A DNA stretch of 64,000 nt from Gemmatimonadota bacterium (GTDB taxonomy: Bacteria > Gemmatimonadota > Gemmatimonadetes > Palauibacterales > Palauibacteraceae). Shown piece by piece: positions 1-9,661 of this stretch. The notes under the pieces were generated by a model. It saw nothing but the letters and a program-made list of their open reading frames with translations. It searched no databases and was not told the DNA's origin. The position numbers were made by a program, and so were the translations under genes. Position 1 is the stretch's first letter; the number at the start of each line of letters is the position of its first letter. The stretch lies in NCBI GenBank assembly GCA_965116475.1, contig OZ220691.1:2965484-3029483 (forward strand), given 5' to 3'.

Positions 1-2199
1 CGGCTGCGCGGGCTCGACGTGAAGAACGCGCGGGCGCACCCCGGAGTCCACGCCGTATTCACGGCCGCCGATCTCGGCCCGCTCCTCCGGCCCGGCGCGG
101 TGCTCGTGCCGCCGCCGCCGCTCGAGGGGCTGGTGTTCCACGCCCGCACGGCGCTCCCTCTCGTCCGCGACCGGATCCGGCACCAGGGCGAAGCGCTCGC
201 GATGATCGTCGCGGACAGCCGCTACGTGGCCGAGGACGCGGCCCAGCTCGTGGAGGCTGACATCGAACCGCTCGATCCCGTCGTGGATCTCGGGCGGGCG
301 CTCGATGGGGACGCGCCGCTTATCCACGACGACCTCCCGTCGAACCTCGCCGCCCACGTCCGGCAGGCGAAGGGGGACTACGCCGCCGCCCGCGCGCGGG
401 CCGACCTCGTCCTCGAGCGCCGCTTCTCCTACGACCGGGGCATCGGGGGCGCGATCGAGAACCGGGCCGTCGTGGCGGAGTGGGATGCGCGGGCCGACCG
501 GCTGCAGGTCTGGGACACGACGCAGGCCCCCATTCCGGTGCGCAACGTCGTCGCCGCGACGCTCGGCCTGTCGGAGTCGCAGGTGCGGTTCATCGCCCCC
601 TTCGTGGGCGGCGGCTTCGGCCCGAAGATCATGTTCTACGCGGAGGAGATCCTCATCCCCTGGGCCTCGATCCAGCTGGGGCGGCCCGTGAAGTGGGTCG
701 AGGACCGGTACGAGAACTTCTTCGCCACCACCCAGGAGCGGGGGCAACTGCACGAGGCGGAGATCGCGGTAACGCGCGACGGCCGGGTCCTGGGCGTGCG
801 CGACACCTTTCTCCACGACTCGGGCGCGTACGACCCCTACGGTCTCACGATCCCCATCAACACCCAGTGCACGCTGCTCGGGCCCTACCGGGTGCCGAAC
901 TACGAGAGCGAATTCCGGGTCGCCTTCACGAACAAGCCGATCGTCACGCCCGTGCGCGGCGCCGGCCGGCAGCACGGCGTGTTCGTCATGGAGCGCCTGC
1001 TCGATCTCGCGGCGCGCGGGCTCGGCCTCGATCCGGTCGAGATCCGCCGCCGCAACGTGATCGGTTCGGACGAGTTCCCGTACAACCACGAGATCATGTA
1101 CCAGGACTTCGCCCCCCTGCGGTACGACAGCGGGAGTTACGAGGCGTCGCTGGCCGAGGCCGTCCGCCTCGTCGGCTACGACGAGACGTTCCCGCGGGAA
1201 CGCGAGCGCGTGCAGGCGGACGGACGCGTGGTCGGTGTCGGCGTCGTCAACTACGTGGAGGGGACGGGCATCGGCCCCTACGAGGGGGCGCGGGTCACGG
1301 TCGAGCCGAGCGGCACGGTCCGCCTCGCGACCGGCGTGGGCACGCAGGGCCAGGGACACTTCACGGCCTTCGCGCAGATCGTGGCCGACGCGGTCGGCGT
1401 GACGCCGGCTGACGTGCGGGTGGTGACGGGGGACACGAGCGACTTCCATTGGGGGACGGGCACCTTCGCGAGCCGGGGGGCGGTCGTCGCCGGAAACGCG
1501 ATCCACGCCGCTGCGCTGTCCGTGCGCGAGAAGATCCTGCGCCACGCCGCCGAGGCGCTCGAAGTCGACCCGGATGACCTGGAACTCGCCGACGGCGCCG
1601 CCCGCGTGCGGGGCGCCCCGGACCTGTCCGTCGACCTCGGCGCGCTCGCGGTGAGCGCCAACCCGCTCAGGGGAGCCGTGGCGCCGGGGACCGAGCCGGG
1701 GCTGGAGGCGACCTCGTACTTCGGCCCGCCGTACGGGACGACCGCAAACGGGACGCACGCCGTCGTCGTGGCGGTCGATCCGGAGACGGCGATGGTCGAG
1801 ATCCTGCGCTACCTCGTCGTGCACGACTGCGGGACGGTGATCAACCCGACGATCGTGGAGGGCCAGATCCACGGCGGCGTCGCGGCGGGGATCGGGAACG
1901 CCTTCTACGAGGAACTCGTGTTCGACGAGTTCGGCGGGACGAGCAACGCCTCGTTCATGGACTACCTGCTTCCGACATCGACGGACGTGCCTCCGATCGA
2001 GACGGCTCACGTCGAGACGCCGTCGACGCTGAACCCGCTGGGCACGAAGGGGGTGGGGGAGGGCGGCGCCATCCCGGTCGCGGCCGCCTTCGCGCAGGCC
2101 GTCGAGGACGCGCTGGCGGACATCGCCCCGGGGCTGGAAGTCCTCGACATCCCGCTGAGTCCCGGCCGCCTGTTCGAACTCCTCCAGGCGGCATCGTGA
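1..2199 (+). CDS. Xanthine dehydrogenase/CoxL-family molybdopterin-binding large subunit (5'-truncated by window)
   Basis: Frame is open from base 1. Motifs GGGFGPK, GQGHFT, GTFASRG, HDCG-VINP-IVEGQIHGG, KGVGEGG. Active-site loop is PVRGAGR, not the form I CODH AYxCSFR. Confidence 0.9.
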   Translation, partial: RLRGLDVKNARAHPGVHAVFTAADLGPLLRPGAVLVPPPPLEGLVFHARTALPLVRDRIRHQGEALAMIVADSRYVAEDAAQLVEADIEPLDPVVDLGRALDGDAPLIHDDLPSNLAAHVRQAKGDYAAARARADLVLERRFSYDRGIGGAIENRAVVAEWDARADRLQVWDTTQAPIPVRNVVAATLGLSESQVRFIAPFVGGGFGPKIMFYAEEILIPWASIQLGRPVKWVEDRYENFFATTQERGQLHEAEIAVTRDGRVLGVRDTFLHDSGAYDPYGLTIPINTQCTLLGPYRVPNYESEFRVAFTNKPIVTPVRGAGRQHGVFVMERLLDLAARGLGLDPVEIRRRNVIGSDEFPYNHEIMYQDFAPLRYDSGSYEASLAEAVRLVGYDETFPRERERVQADGRVVGVGVVNYVEGTGIGPYEGARVTVEPSGTVRLATGVGTQGQGHFTAFAQIVADAVGVTPADVRVVTGDTSDFHWGTGTFASRGAVVAGNAIHAAALSVREKILRHAAEALEVDPDDLELADGAARVRGAPDLSVDLGALAVSANPLRGAVAPGTEPGLEATSYFGPPYGTTANGTHAVVVAVDPETAMVEILRYLVVHDCGTVINPTIVEGQIHGGVAAGIGNAFYEELVFDEFGGTSNASFMDYLLPTSTDVPPIETAHVETPSTLNPLGTKGVGEGGAIPVAAAFAQAVEDALADIAPGLEVLDIPLSPGRLFELLQAAS

Positions 2200-3092
2200 A
2201 GCCGCCCCCCTTCGAGTATGTAGCGGCGCACGACCTCGACGAAGCGCTGGGGGCGCTCGCGGAACCGTCGCTTGAGACCCGGCCGCTCGCGGGCGGACAG
2301 AGCCTCGTCCCGATGCTCAACTTCCGTCTGGCGGCGCCGGAACGTCTCGTGGACCTGAACGGGATCGAGGCGTTGTCGCGGATCGAGGCGACGGAAGAGG
2401 GAGGGCTGCGCTTCGGCGCCATGGTCCGGCACCGCCAACTGGAGTGCGACCCGCTCGTTGCGCGGCGGGCCCCGCTCCTCGCGGAGGCGGCCCCCTTCAT
2501 CGCGCACCCGCAGATCCGCTCGCGGGGCACCGTGGGGGGCTCCGTGGCGCACGCCGATCCGGCCGCGGAACTGCCCGCCGTCCTCCTCACGCTGGGGGCG
2601 CGGGTCCGGATTGCCCGCCGCTCGCCGGGCGGCGAGCCCGGCTCCAGGGTGGAGCGAACCCTGGATCTGGACGATTTCTTCCTCGGCCCCTTCTTCTCCG
2701 CGCTCGAACCCGATGAGCTCCTCACGGCCATCGACGTGCCTCCGCCCGCCCCGGGAGAGGGGACGGCCTTCGACGAGGTCGCCCGGCGTCGGGGCGACTA
2801 CGCCCTCGCCGGCGTGGCGGCGCGCGTGCGCCTGGACTCCGGCGGTGTCTGCGAAGAAGCCGCCATCTCGCTCGTGAACGGGGGATCCACGCCCGGTCTG
2901 ATGGGAGAGGCCGCGCAGACCCTCATCGGCGCGGAGCCGACGCCGGCCGCGATCGAAGCCGCCGCGGCCGCCTGCGCGGAGACCTCCGAACCCGCCGCCG
3001 ACATGCACGCGAGCGAGGCGTATCGCCGGCACTTGATCCGCATCCTGACCTCCCGCGTGGTGTCGCGCGCGGCGGACCGGGCCCGGACTTGA
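2196..3092 (+). CDS. Mo-hydroxylase FAD-binding medium subunit (CoxM/CutM-like)
   Basis: MKPPPFEY, LAGGQSLVPMLNFRLA, IRSRGTVGGS-AHADPAAE; GTGA overlap with the large subunit. Confidence 0.92.
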   Translation: MKPPPFEYVAAHDLDEALGALAEPSLETRPLAGGQSLVPMLNFRLAAPERLVDLNGIEALSRIEATEEGGLRFGAMVRHRQLECDPLVARRAPLLAEAAPFIAHPQIRSRGTVGGSVAHADPAAELPAVLLTLGARVRIARRSPGGEPGSRVERTLDLDDFFLGPFFSALEPDELLTAIDVPPPAPGEGTAFDEVARRRGDYALAGVAARVRLDSGGVCEEAAISLVNGGSTPGLMGEAAQTLIGAEPTPAAIEAAAAACAETSEPAADMHASEAYRRHLIRILTSRVVSRAADRART

Positions 3093-4666
3093 CCGGCCCC
3101 GCGCTCTTCCATCCGTTCCCGGAGTGGTCGGACCGCGTCGCCGTGCTCGCCGGAGGCGCGCCCCGCACGTATGGCGACCTCGACGCGCAATCGCGGCTGT
3201 GGGCCCGACATCTCCTTGCCGAAGCGGGCGCCGCCGATCTGGATGGGGCCCGGGTCGGGTTTCTCATGGAGCCGGGATTCGAGTACGTCGCCACCCAGTG
3301 GGCGATCTGGCGCGCCGGCGGAATCGCCGTCCCCCTGTGTCCGGACCATCCCGCGCCCGAGATCGAATACGCGATCGACGACGCGGACTGCGCCGCGCTG
3401 ATCGGCGCCGGAAAGACCGGGCGTCGCATCGAGGGCCCCGCGCGGGAGCGCGACATCCCGTTTCACGACGTATCCGATACCGGCGCGGGCTCTTCCGTGT
3501 CCGAAGGGCCGGACCCGGGCCCGTTGCCGGCAGTCGAATCCGATCGACCCGCGATGATTCTCTACACCAGCGGCACGACGGGACGCCCCAAGGGCGCCGT
3601 GACGACCCACGGACAGATCGAGGCGCACATCCGGTCGCTGCTCGAGGCGTGGAAGTGGGAGCGCGACGACCGCATCCTCCACGTCCTCCCCCTCCACCAC
3701 ACACACGGCATCGTCAACGCCCTCTGCTGTCCGCTCTACGCGGGGGCCACGGTCGAGTTCGGTGGCGGGTCCGGAGGGTTCGATCCGGCAACCACCTGGG
3801 AGCGGCTCGCCTCGGGCGACATCAGCGTGTTCATGGCCGTGCCCACGATCTATGCGAAGCTTCTGCGCGCCTGGGACGCAGCGGAGGGCTCCACCCGCCG
3901 GCGATGGTCGCGGGGCGCGCGCGGGCTCCGGCTGATGGTGTCGGGTTCGGCGGCCCTCCCCGTACCGGTGTTCAAGCGCTGGGAGGAGATCACCGGGCAC
4001 CGCCTCCTCGAGCGCTACGGCATGACGGAGATCGGCATGGGGCTCTCGAATCCGTACGACGGAGAGCGGCGGCCGGGCACCGTGGGCCAGCCGCTCCCCG
4101 GGGTCGGCCTGCGTCTCGTGCGCCCGGCCACGGGGCGCGTGCTTGCGGAGGGGGTAGACGTCTTCGCGCCGGGAGAGCCGGGCGAGATCCGGATCCGCGG
4201 CCCCATGGTGTTCTCCGAATACTGGCGGCGTCCCGAGGAGACGGCCGCCGCCTTCGCCGACGGGTGGTTCCTGACCGGAGACGAGGCGGTCCTCGAGGAC
4301 GGCTACTATCGCCTCCTGGGGCGCCGCTCCGTCGACATCCTCAAGAGCGGCGGCTACAAGATCTCGGCGGTCGAGATCGAGGAACTATTGCGCACGCACC
4401 CGGCGGTAAGGGACTGCGCCGTGGTCGGAATCCCGGATGAGGACTGGGGCGAGCGGATCGCCGCCGCGGTCGTCCCCGAGCCCGACGCGACGCCGCGCTC
4501 CGACTCGCTCCCGGAGCGGCTGGATCTGTGGGTCCGGGAGCGGCTCGCGCGCTACAAGGTGCCCCGCGCCTGGCTCTGCGTCGGAGAGCTGCCGCGGAAC
4601 GCGATGGGCAAGGTGCAAAAGCCGGCCGTGCAGGCGCTCTTCGACGCCGAGGTCCGGCCACCGTGA
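3089..4666 (+). CDS. Acyl-CoA synthetase, malonyl/methylmalonyl-CoA synthetase (MatB/ACSF3)-like
   Basis: AMP-binding YTSGTTGRPKG, LPLHHTHG, SGSAALP, ERYGMTE (typical of MatB), PRNAMGKVQK. Confidence 0.85.
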   Translation: MTGPALFHPFPEWSDRVAVLAGGAPRTYGDLDAQSRLWARHLLAEAGAADLDGARVGFLMEPGFEYVATQWAIWRAGGIAVPLCPDHPAPEIEYAIDDADCAALIGAGKTGRRIEGPARERDIPFHDVSDTGAGSSVSEGPDPGPLPAVESDRPAMILYTSGTTGRPKGAVTTHGQIEAHIRSLLEAWKWERDDRILHVLPLHHTHGIVNALCCPLYAGATVEFGGGSGGFDPATTWERLASGDISVFMAVPTIYAKLLRAWDAAEGSTRRRWSRGARGLRLMVSGSAALPVPVFKRWEEITGHRLLERYGMTEIGMGLSNPYDGERRPGTVGQPLPGVGLRLVRPATGRVLAEGVDVFAPGEPGEIRIRGPMVFSEYWRRPEETAAAFADGWFLTGDEAVLEDGYYRLLGRRSVDILKSGGYKISAVEIEELLRTHPAVRDCAVVGIPDEDWGERIAAAVVPEPDATPRSDSLPERLDLWVRERLARYKVPRAWLCVGELPRNAMGKVQKPAVQALFDAEVRPP

Positions 4667-4778
4667 CGCTTTGCCTCGGGCTGCCGGCCCCCGGCATTGC
4701 GCTCCCCGGCCGGATGGGGGAGCGTACGCCCGTTCGTCCTCGCCGCCCAAACCTCGAACCGAGTGGAGCCGATCGCTC

Positions 4779-5567
4779 ATGAAACTCTACGATCTCTCGC
4801 AGCCCCTCAATCAGGACTGCTTCTTCTGGCCGTACTATCCCCCGTTCGAGGTCAAGTACATCAAGCGCAAGGTCGAGCACGGCGTGAACGCGCAGTACAT
4901 CCAGACCTCCAACCACATGGGCACGCACCTCGATGCGCCCCGCCACTTCGTGACCAACGGGATGACGATCGACGAGATCCCCCTGGAGTGGCTGTACGGG
5001 GACGGCGTCATCGTCGACCTGCGCGAAGAGATGGGCGACCTCGCCGTCTACACGCCCGAGATGATCGAATCCCGGGTCGAGATCCGCGATGGAGACCGCC
5101 TCATCCTGCACACCGGGTGGGAGCGCTTCGCGCAATTCGGCGCCGAGGCGAACGAGGAGCGCTACGTCCACACGCACCCCGGCGCGCACCCGGACATGGT
5201 GCAGTGGCTCATCGACCGGAAGATCAGGGTCTGGGGCGTGGACGTGATCTCCACCGATCATCCCATGAACCTCCCCATCGGGAGATTCCTCGGGAAGGGT
5301 ACCTTCGGACATTGCGACCGCGTGCGGGCGATGGCGGAAAAGGTGTTCGGCGGGGCGGAGGCCGTGGAGGAGCTGTTTCCCGAAGAGCACTATCAGCTTA
5401 CGCACAATGCGCTCTTCCCGCACAACTGCATGCACATAGAGAACCTCGGCGGACAGATCGCCGCGCCGGAACTGCAGAACCGGCGGCTCACGATCGGGTG
5501 CTTCCCGTGGAAGTTCAGGGGAGGAGAAGCCGCCTTCTGCCGGGTAGTGGCGTTCCTCGACGAGTAG
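4779..5567 (+). CDS. Cyclase family metal-dependent hydrolase (kynurenine formamidase-like fold)
   Basis: Start MKLYDLSQPL; HMGTHLDAPRH metal motif, LHTGW, GVDVISTDHP, HIENL. Confidence 0.88.
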   Translation: MKLYDLSQPLNQDCFFWPYYPPFEVKYIKRKVEHGVNAQYIQTSNHMGTHLDAPRHFVTNGMTIDEIPLEWLYGDGVIVDLREEMGDLAVYTPEMIESRVEIRDGDRLILHTGWERFAQFGAEANEERYVHTHPGAHPDMVQWLIDRKIRVWGVDVISTDHPMNLPIGRFLGKGTFGHCDRVRAMAEKVFGGAEAVEELFPEEHYQLTHNALFPHNCMHIENLGGQIAAPELQNRRLTIGCFPWKFRGGEAAFCRVVAFLDE

Positions 5568-5638
5568 TCGGGAACGGACGGTCGGGCGAACACGAGTGCC
5601 CGAAGAGTCTTCAGACGGTTCAGACGGAGAGGTGGAAC

Positions 5639-6796
5639 ATGACGATCGCCAGCCGTGCGCGGACAGACGCCCTGCCGCTGTCGCTCCTTCTGTCGTTCGG
5701 TTTCCTCGCGCAGGCCACGGCCCCGCTGGAGGCGCAGAGCTTCTCGCGGGAAGGATTGCTCGACTACATGGAGCAGATCCGCCATGACAACGACCTGCCC
5801 GGGTTGTCCGTCGCCGTGGCGGTGGACGGGGAGATCGTCTTCTCCGCAGGCGTGGGGGTCGCCGAACTGGACAACCGCACGCCGGCAACGGGCCGGACCG
5901 TCCACAACGTGGGGTCGGTGTCCAAGGTGCTCGCCGTGGTCGGCCTCATGCAGCTCGTCGAGCAGGGAAAGGTGGATCTCGACGCGACGCTCCAGACGTA
6001 CATGCCCTGGTATCCCGAGCGGGAGTTCCCGATCACGGTGCGCCACATCCTCACGCACACCTCCGGAATCCGGCACTACAACGGCGTCGAATTCGGACCC
6101 TACGGCCTGCTTGCGCTCCGTCACTACGACACGTTCGAGGAGGCGACCGAGCTGTGGCGCGACGACCCCCTCGCCTACGACACCGACTCCGGCTGGATGT
6201 ACTCGTCGCACGCGCACAACCTCCAGCACGGGATCGTCGAGGCGGCGTCCGGGGTGGACTACGAGGAATACCTCAAGCGCTACGTGTGGGAGCCGGCGGG
6301 GATGTTCGCCACCCAGTTCGACGTTCCGTCGCGCGTCGTGCAGAACCGCGGGCGCGGCTACGTCCGGGGCGAATCCGGCCGCTTCATCAACGCCCCGCCG
6401 GAGGACCCGAGCTACAAGTACGCGGGTGGCGGCATCATCTCGAACGTTGAAGACCTCGTCCGCTTCGCCATCGCCATCAACGACGGGCGCCTGCTCGCGC
6501 CGGAGACCGTCGCGGAGATGCACCGGCCGCAACTCGAGCCGGGGATTCGACAGATCGATCCGTCATCGCCGGACGGCCTGGGCGATCCGATCGCGCACGA
6601 GCAGGCGCTGGCGTGGTTCATCCGCACGGATCCGAAGGGACGTCGCTATCCGAGCCACACGGGCACGGTGAAGGGGACGCGGTCCTTCCTCGCGAACTTC
6701 GATGACTACGGCGTCGTGGTGGCGCTCCAGACGAACGCGCTCCCCTTCGACTCGGCGAGATACGGCGAGGCGATCGCCCAGATGTTCCTGCCGTAG
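5639..6796 (+). CDS. Secreted serine hydrolase (beta-lactamase/PBP class C family)
   Basis: GGAGAGG RBS, signal peptide ending LEA-Q, SVSK (SxxK), LTHTSGI, YSS, HTG. Confidence 0.88.
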   Translation: MTIASRARTDALPLSLLLSFGFLAQATAPLEAQSFSREGLLDYMEQIRHDNDLPGLSVAVAVDGEIVFSAGVGVAELDNRTPATGRTVHNVGSVSKVLAVVGLMQLVEQGKVDLDATLQTYMPWYPEREFPITVRHILTHTSGIRHYNGVEFGPYGLLALRHYDTFEEATELWRDDPLAYDTDSGWMYSSHAHNLQHGIVEAASGVDYEEYLKRYVWEPAGMFATQFDVPSRVVQNRGRGYVRGESGRFINAPPEDPSYKYAGGGIISNVEDLVRFAIAINDGRLLAPETVAEMHRPQLEPGIRQIDPSSPDGLGDPIAHEQALAWFIRTDPKGRRYPSHTGTVKGTRSFLANFDDYGVVVALQTNALPFDSARYGEAIAQMFLP

Positions 6797-6840
6797 CAGC
6801 CCATGTTGCCAGCTGCCGGGGCCGGGGAGATGCGCCTGCC

Positions 6841-8250
6841 GTGACGGAACGCCGCGATCCGGCGCTGCTCCCGGCCTGCGAGCAGGCCCGCCGCATCCGC
6901 TCGGGCGAACTGAGCGCCGTCGACCTGCTCCGCGCCTGCCTGACCCGCGTCGAACGTCACAACGCCGAACTCAACGCCGTCGTCACCCTGAACCCCGCCG
7001 CGGAGGCCGAGGCGGCTGCGGTCGACGCCTCCTTCGGAGCCGGCGAGGATCCGGGACCCCTGGCCGGGCTCGTCGTCGGCATCAAGGACGTGACCGAGAC
7101 GGCGGGCCTCCGCACGACGTACGGCTCGCCGCTGTTCGCGGACCACGTGCCCGCCGGGGATGCGCTCGTCGTGCGGCGCCTGCGCCAGGCCGGCGCCGTA
7201 ATTCTCGGGAAGACGAATACGCCGGAGTTCGCGGCGGGCGGAAACACGTGGAACGAGGTGTTCGGCGTGACGCGGAACCCGTGGAATCCCAACCTCAGCG
7301 CCGGAGGGTCGACGGGCGGCGGCGCGGTCGCTCTGGCCACGGGGATGATCTCGCTCGCGCAGGGCACCGATCTCGGCGGCTCGCTGCGGATCCCCGCCTC
7401 CTTCTGTGGCATTGCGGGACTTCGCCCCACGCCCGGCCTCGTGCCGACGGTGCCGGCCGCCTACCTGTGGGATGACCTGCAGTCGACCGGTCTGATGGCG
7501 CGGGACCCGGAGGATGTCGCCTTCGGGCTCCGCGCGATCTCGGGACCCGATCCCGCTTCGCCGGTCTGCGCTCCCGAGCCGCGCTGGCCCGAAACCGGCG
7601 CCGCGGATCTCGCCGCCGGCCGCCTGGCCTGGTGCGGAGACGTCGCGCGCATCGGCATCGACGCCGGCGTGGAGGCGGCGTGCCGCGAGGCGCTGGCGGC
7701 GCTGCGGGCGGCGGGCGCGCGGGTCGACGAGGTGGACCTCGACCTCTCGTGGGCGTGGGACGCGTTCCTCGTCCTCCGCGGGCACTGGTTCGTGTCCCAT
7801 TTCGAGGCGGAACTCCACCGGGTCGACGCCTTCGGCCCCAACGTGTCCGCCAACCTTCGCTCCGGCCTGGCGCTGACGGCGGCCGAGATCGGGGCGGCCG
7901 AGAACGTTCGCCGCCGAGTCAGGGAAGCGCTTGTCGCCCTCCTCGAACGATACGACGCGCTCCTGACGCCCTGCATGGCGATCCCGCCCTTCGCGGCGGA
8001 GCAGAACTACCCGGAGACGGTCGGGGGGCGGCCGATGAAGACGTACGTGGACTGGATCGCCCCCACCTTCCTGCTCTCGATGCCGGGGCTGCCCGTGGCC
8101 TGCGTCCCGGCCGGACTGGATGCCGCGGGACTGCCGGTCGGGCTGCAGATCGTCGGGCCCCCGAGCGGGGAGGGGCAGGCGCTCGCGATCGGCTCCGCCA
8201 TCGGCACGGCATGGCCCATCGGCCTTCCGCCCATGGTCGCCGACCACTGA
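6841..8250 (+). CDS. Amidase signature family enzyme
   Basis: IKD, GKTNTPEF, GGSTGG, GTDLGGSLRIPASFCG, GLPVGLQIVG. Confidence 0.93.
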   Translation: MTERRDPALLPACEQARRIRSGELSAVDLLRACLTRVERHNAELNAVVTLNPAAEAEAAAVDASFGAGEDPGPLAGLVVGIKDVTETAGLRTTYGSPLFADHVPAGDALVVRRLRQAGAVILGKTNTPEFAAGGNTWNEVFGVTRNPWNPNLSAGGSTGGGAVALATGMISLAQGTDLGGSLRIPASFCGIAGLRPTPGLVPTVPAAYLWDDLQSTGLMARDPEDVAFGLRAISGPDPASPVCAPEPRWPETGAADLAAGRLAWCGDVARIGIDAGVEAACREALAALRAAGARVDEVDLDLSWAWDAFLVLRGHWFVSHFEAELHRVDAFGPNVSANLRSGLALTAAEIGAAENVRRRVREALVALLERYDALLTPCMAIPPFAAEQNYPETVGGRPMKTYVDWIAPTFLLSMPGLPVACVPAGLDAAGLPVGLQIVGPPSGEGQALAIGSAIGTAWPIGLPPMVADH

Positions 8251-8343
8251 AGCGGGTGGCGAGACGTTTCCGCGGGAACGTTCCACGCTAGATTCCGCGC
8301 TCGCGGCTGCCGCCGACCAAACCCGAACCCCCGAGAGTCGATC

Positions 8344-9561
8344 ATGATGATGTCAAACGATGCTGCCGTCGCGGAGTTGTCGGGCGAGGCGCTCGACGCC
8401 TGCGTCCGCTTCCTCCAGCGGCTCATCCGCACGCAGTCGATGCCTGGCGAAGAGGGCGAACTGGCCACGCTCGTCGCCGCCGAGATGCGCGCGCTCGGCT
8501 ACGACGAGGTCGAGCGTGACGCGGCGGGCAACGTCATCGGCCTCCTCCGTGGAAGCGGCGACGCTCCCTCGGTGATGTTCAACACCCATCTGGACCATGT
8601 GGACGCCGGGGATCCGGCGGACTGGCCCCATGACCCCTACGGCGGCGAAATCCACGATGGCCTGCTGTGGGGGCGCGGCGCGATCGACATCAAGGGACCG
8701 CTCGCGGCGCAGGTGCACGGCATCGCCCGGCTCATCGCCGCCGGCCGCCGCCCCCCCGGCGATGTCTACGTGACGGGAACGGTGCAGGAGGAAGTCGGAG
8801 GACTCGGCGCCCGCTACATGGCGGAAACGCTGCGGCCCGATCTGGTCCTGATCGGCGAGCCCAGCCGGAACGAGGTCCGTCGCGGGCACCGGGGCCGGAT
8901 CGAACTCCGCGTCCAGGTGCGGGGGAAGATGGCGCACGCCTCGATGACCGACATCGGCCGCAACCCGCTCACCGTGCTCGGCCGGTTCCTCGCGGCGCTG
9001 GAAGAGGTGGACCTCGCGCACGATCCCGATCTGGGCACCTGCTCGATCGCCCCGACGCTCATCGGGACGGACCAGACCAGCGGCAACGTCATCCCCGGCC
9101 TGGCGGAAGTCACACTCGACTGCCGCACCGTAACCGGGCAGGACGCGGCCTCGCTCAGGGAGCAACTTCTTCCGGTGCTGCGCGCGTGCGAGATGGAGGG
9201 ATCGAGCAGCGACATCCTCATCCCGCAGCACGAGCGCTCCAGCTACGCGGGGTACGAGATGACGTATCCGGCCGACAACCCGGCGCTCTCGCTGCCCGCC
9301 GACCACGACGCGGTCCGCACGGCGGTCGAGGTCCTGGCCGGCCCGCTCGGGGCCGAGCCGCCGGTCGACATCTGGGACTTCGCGACCGATGGCGGACACT
9401 TCGGGCTCGCGGGCATGACCGCGGTCGGCTTCGGGCCCGGAGACGACCGGCTGGCCCACACCGTCCACGAGCATATCGTGATCGACGAACTGGCGACGGG
9501 CATCCGCGGCAACGCGGCCCTCGCGTTCCACTGGCCCGCCCGCTACGCGCGAGCCGGCTGA
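8344..9561 (+). CDS. M20 family metallo-hydrolase (ArgE/DapE/YgeY-like)
   Basis: HLDHV, GRGAIDIKG, TVQEE, IGEPS, GHRGR, GFGPG...AH. Confidence 0.88.
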   Translation: MMMSNDAAVAELSGEALDACVRFLQRLIRTQSMPGEEGELATLVAAEMRALGYDEVERDAAGNVIGLLRGSGDAPSVMFNTHLDHVDAGDPADWPHDPYGGEIHDGLLWGRGAIDIKGPLAAQVHGIARLIAAGRRPPGDVYVTGTVQEEVGGLGARYMAETLRPDLVLIGEPSRNEVRRGHRGRIELRVQVRGKMAHASMTDIGRNPLTVLGRFLAALEEVDLAHDPDLGTCSIAPTLIGTDQTSGNVIPGLAEVTLDCRTVTGQDAASLREQLLPVLRACEMEGSSSDILIPQHERSSYAGYEMTYPADNPALSLPADHDAVRTAVEVLAGPLGAEPPVDIWDFATDGGHFGLAGMTAVGFGPGDDRLAHTVHEHIVIDELATGIRGNAALAFHWPARYARAG

Positions 9562-9661
9562 AGCGCGCCGAAGCACCCCGGCGCCGACGGTCTGTGACCT
9601 GCGGCCGGCCGGGGGCGTCTGGTACCCGGGTAGAGAAGGGTCAACCAGGAGGAGGTTCGGA

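Noticed and set aside
1-3092. Aerobic CO dehydrogenase call
   Set aside because: Lacks the AYxCSFR loop and cox accessory genes in view.
5639-6796. Antibiotic-resistance beta-lactamase
   Set aside because: Generic serine hydrolase motifs only (YSS and HTG rather than YxN and KTG); catabolic context.
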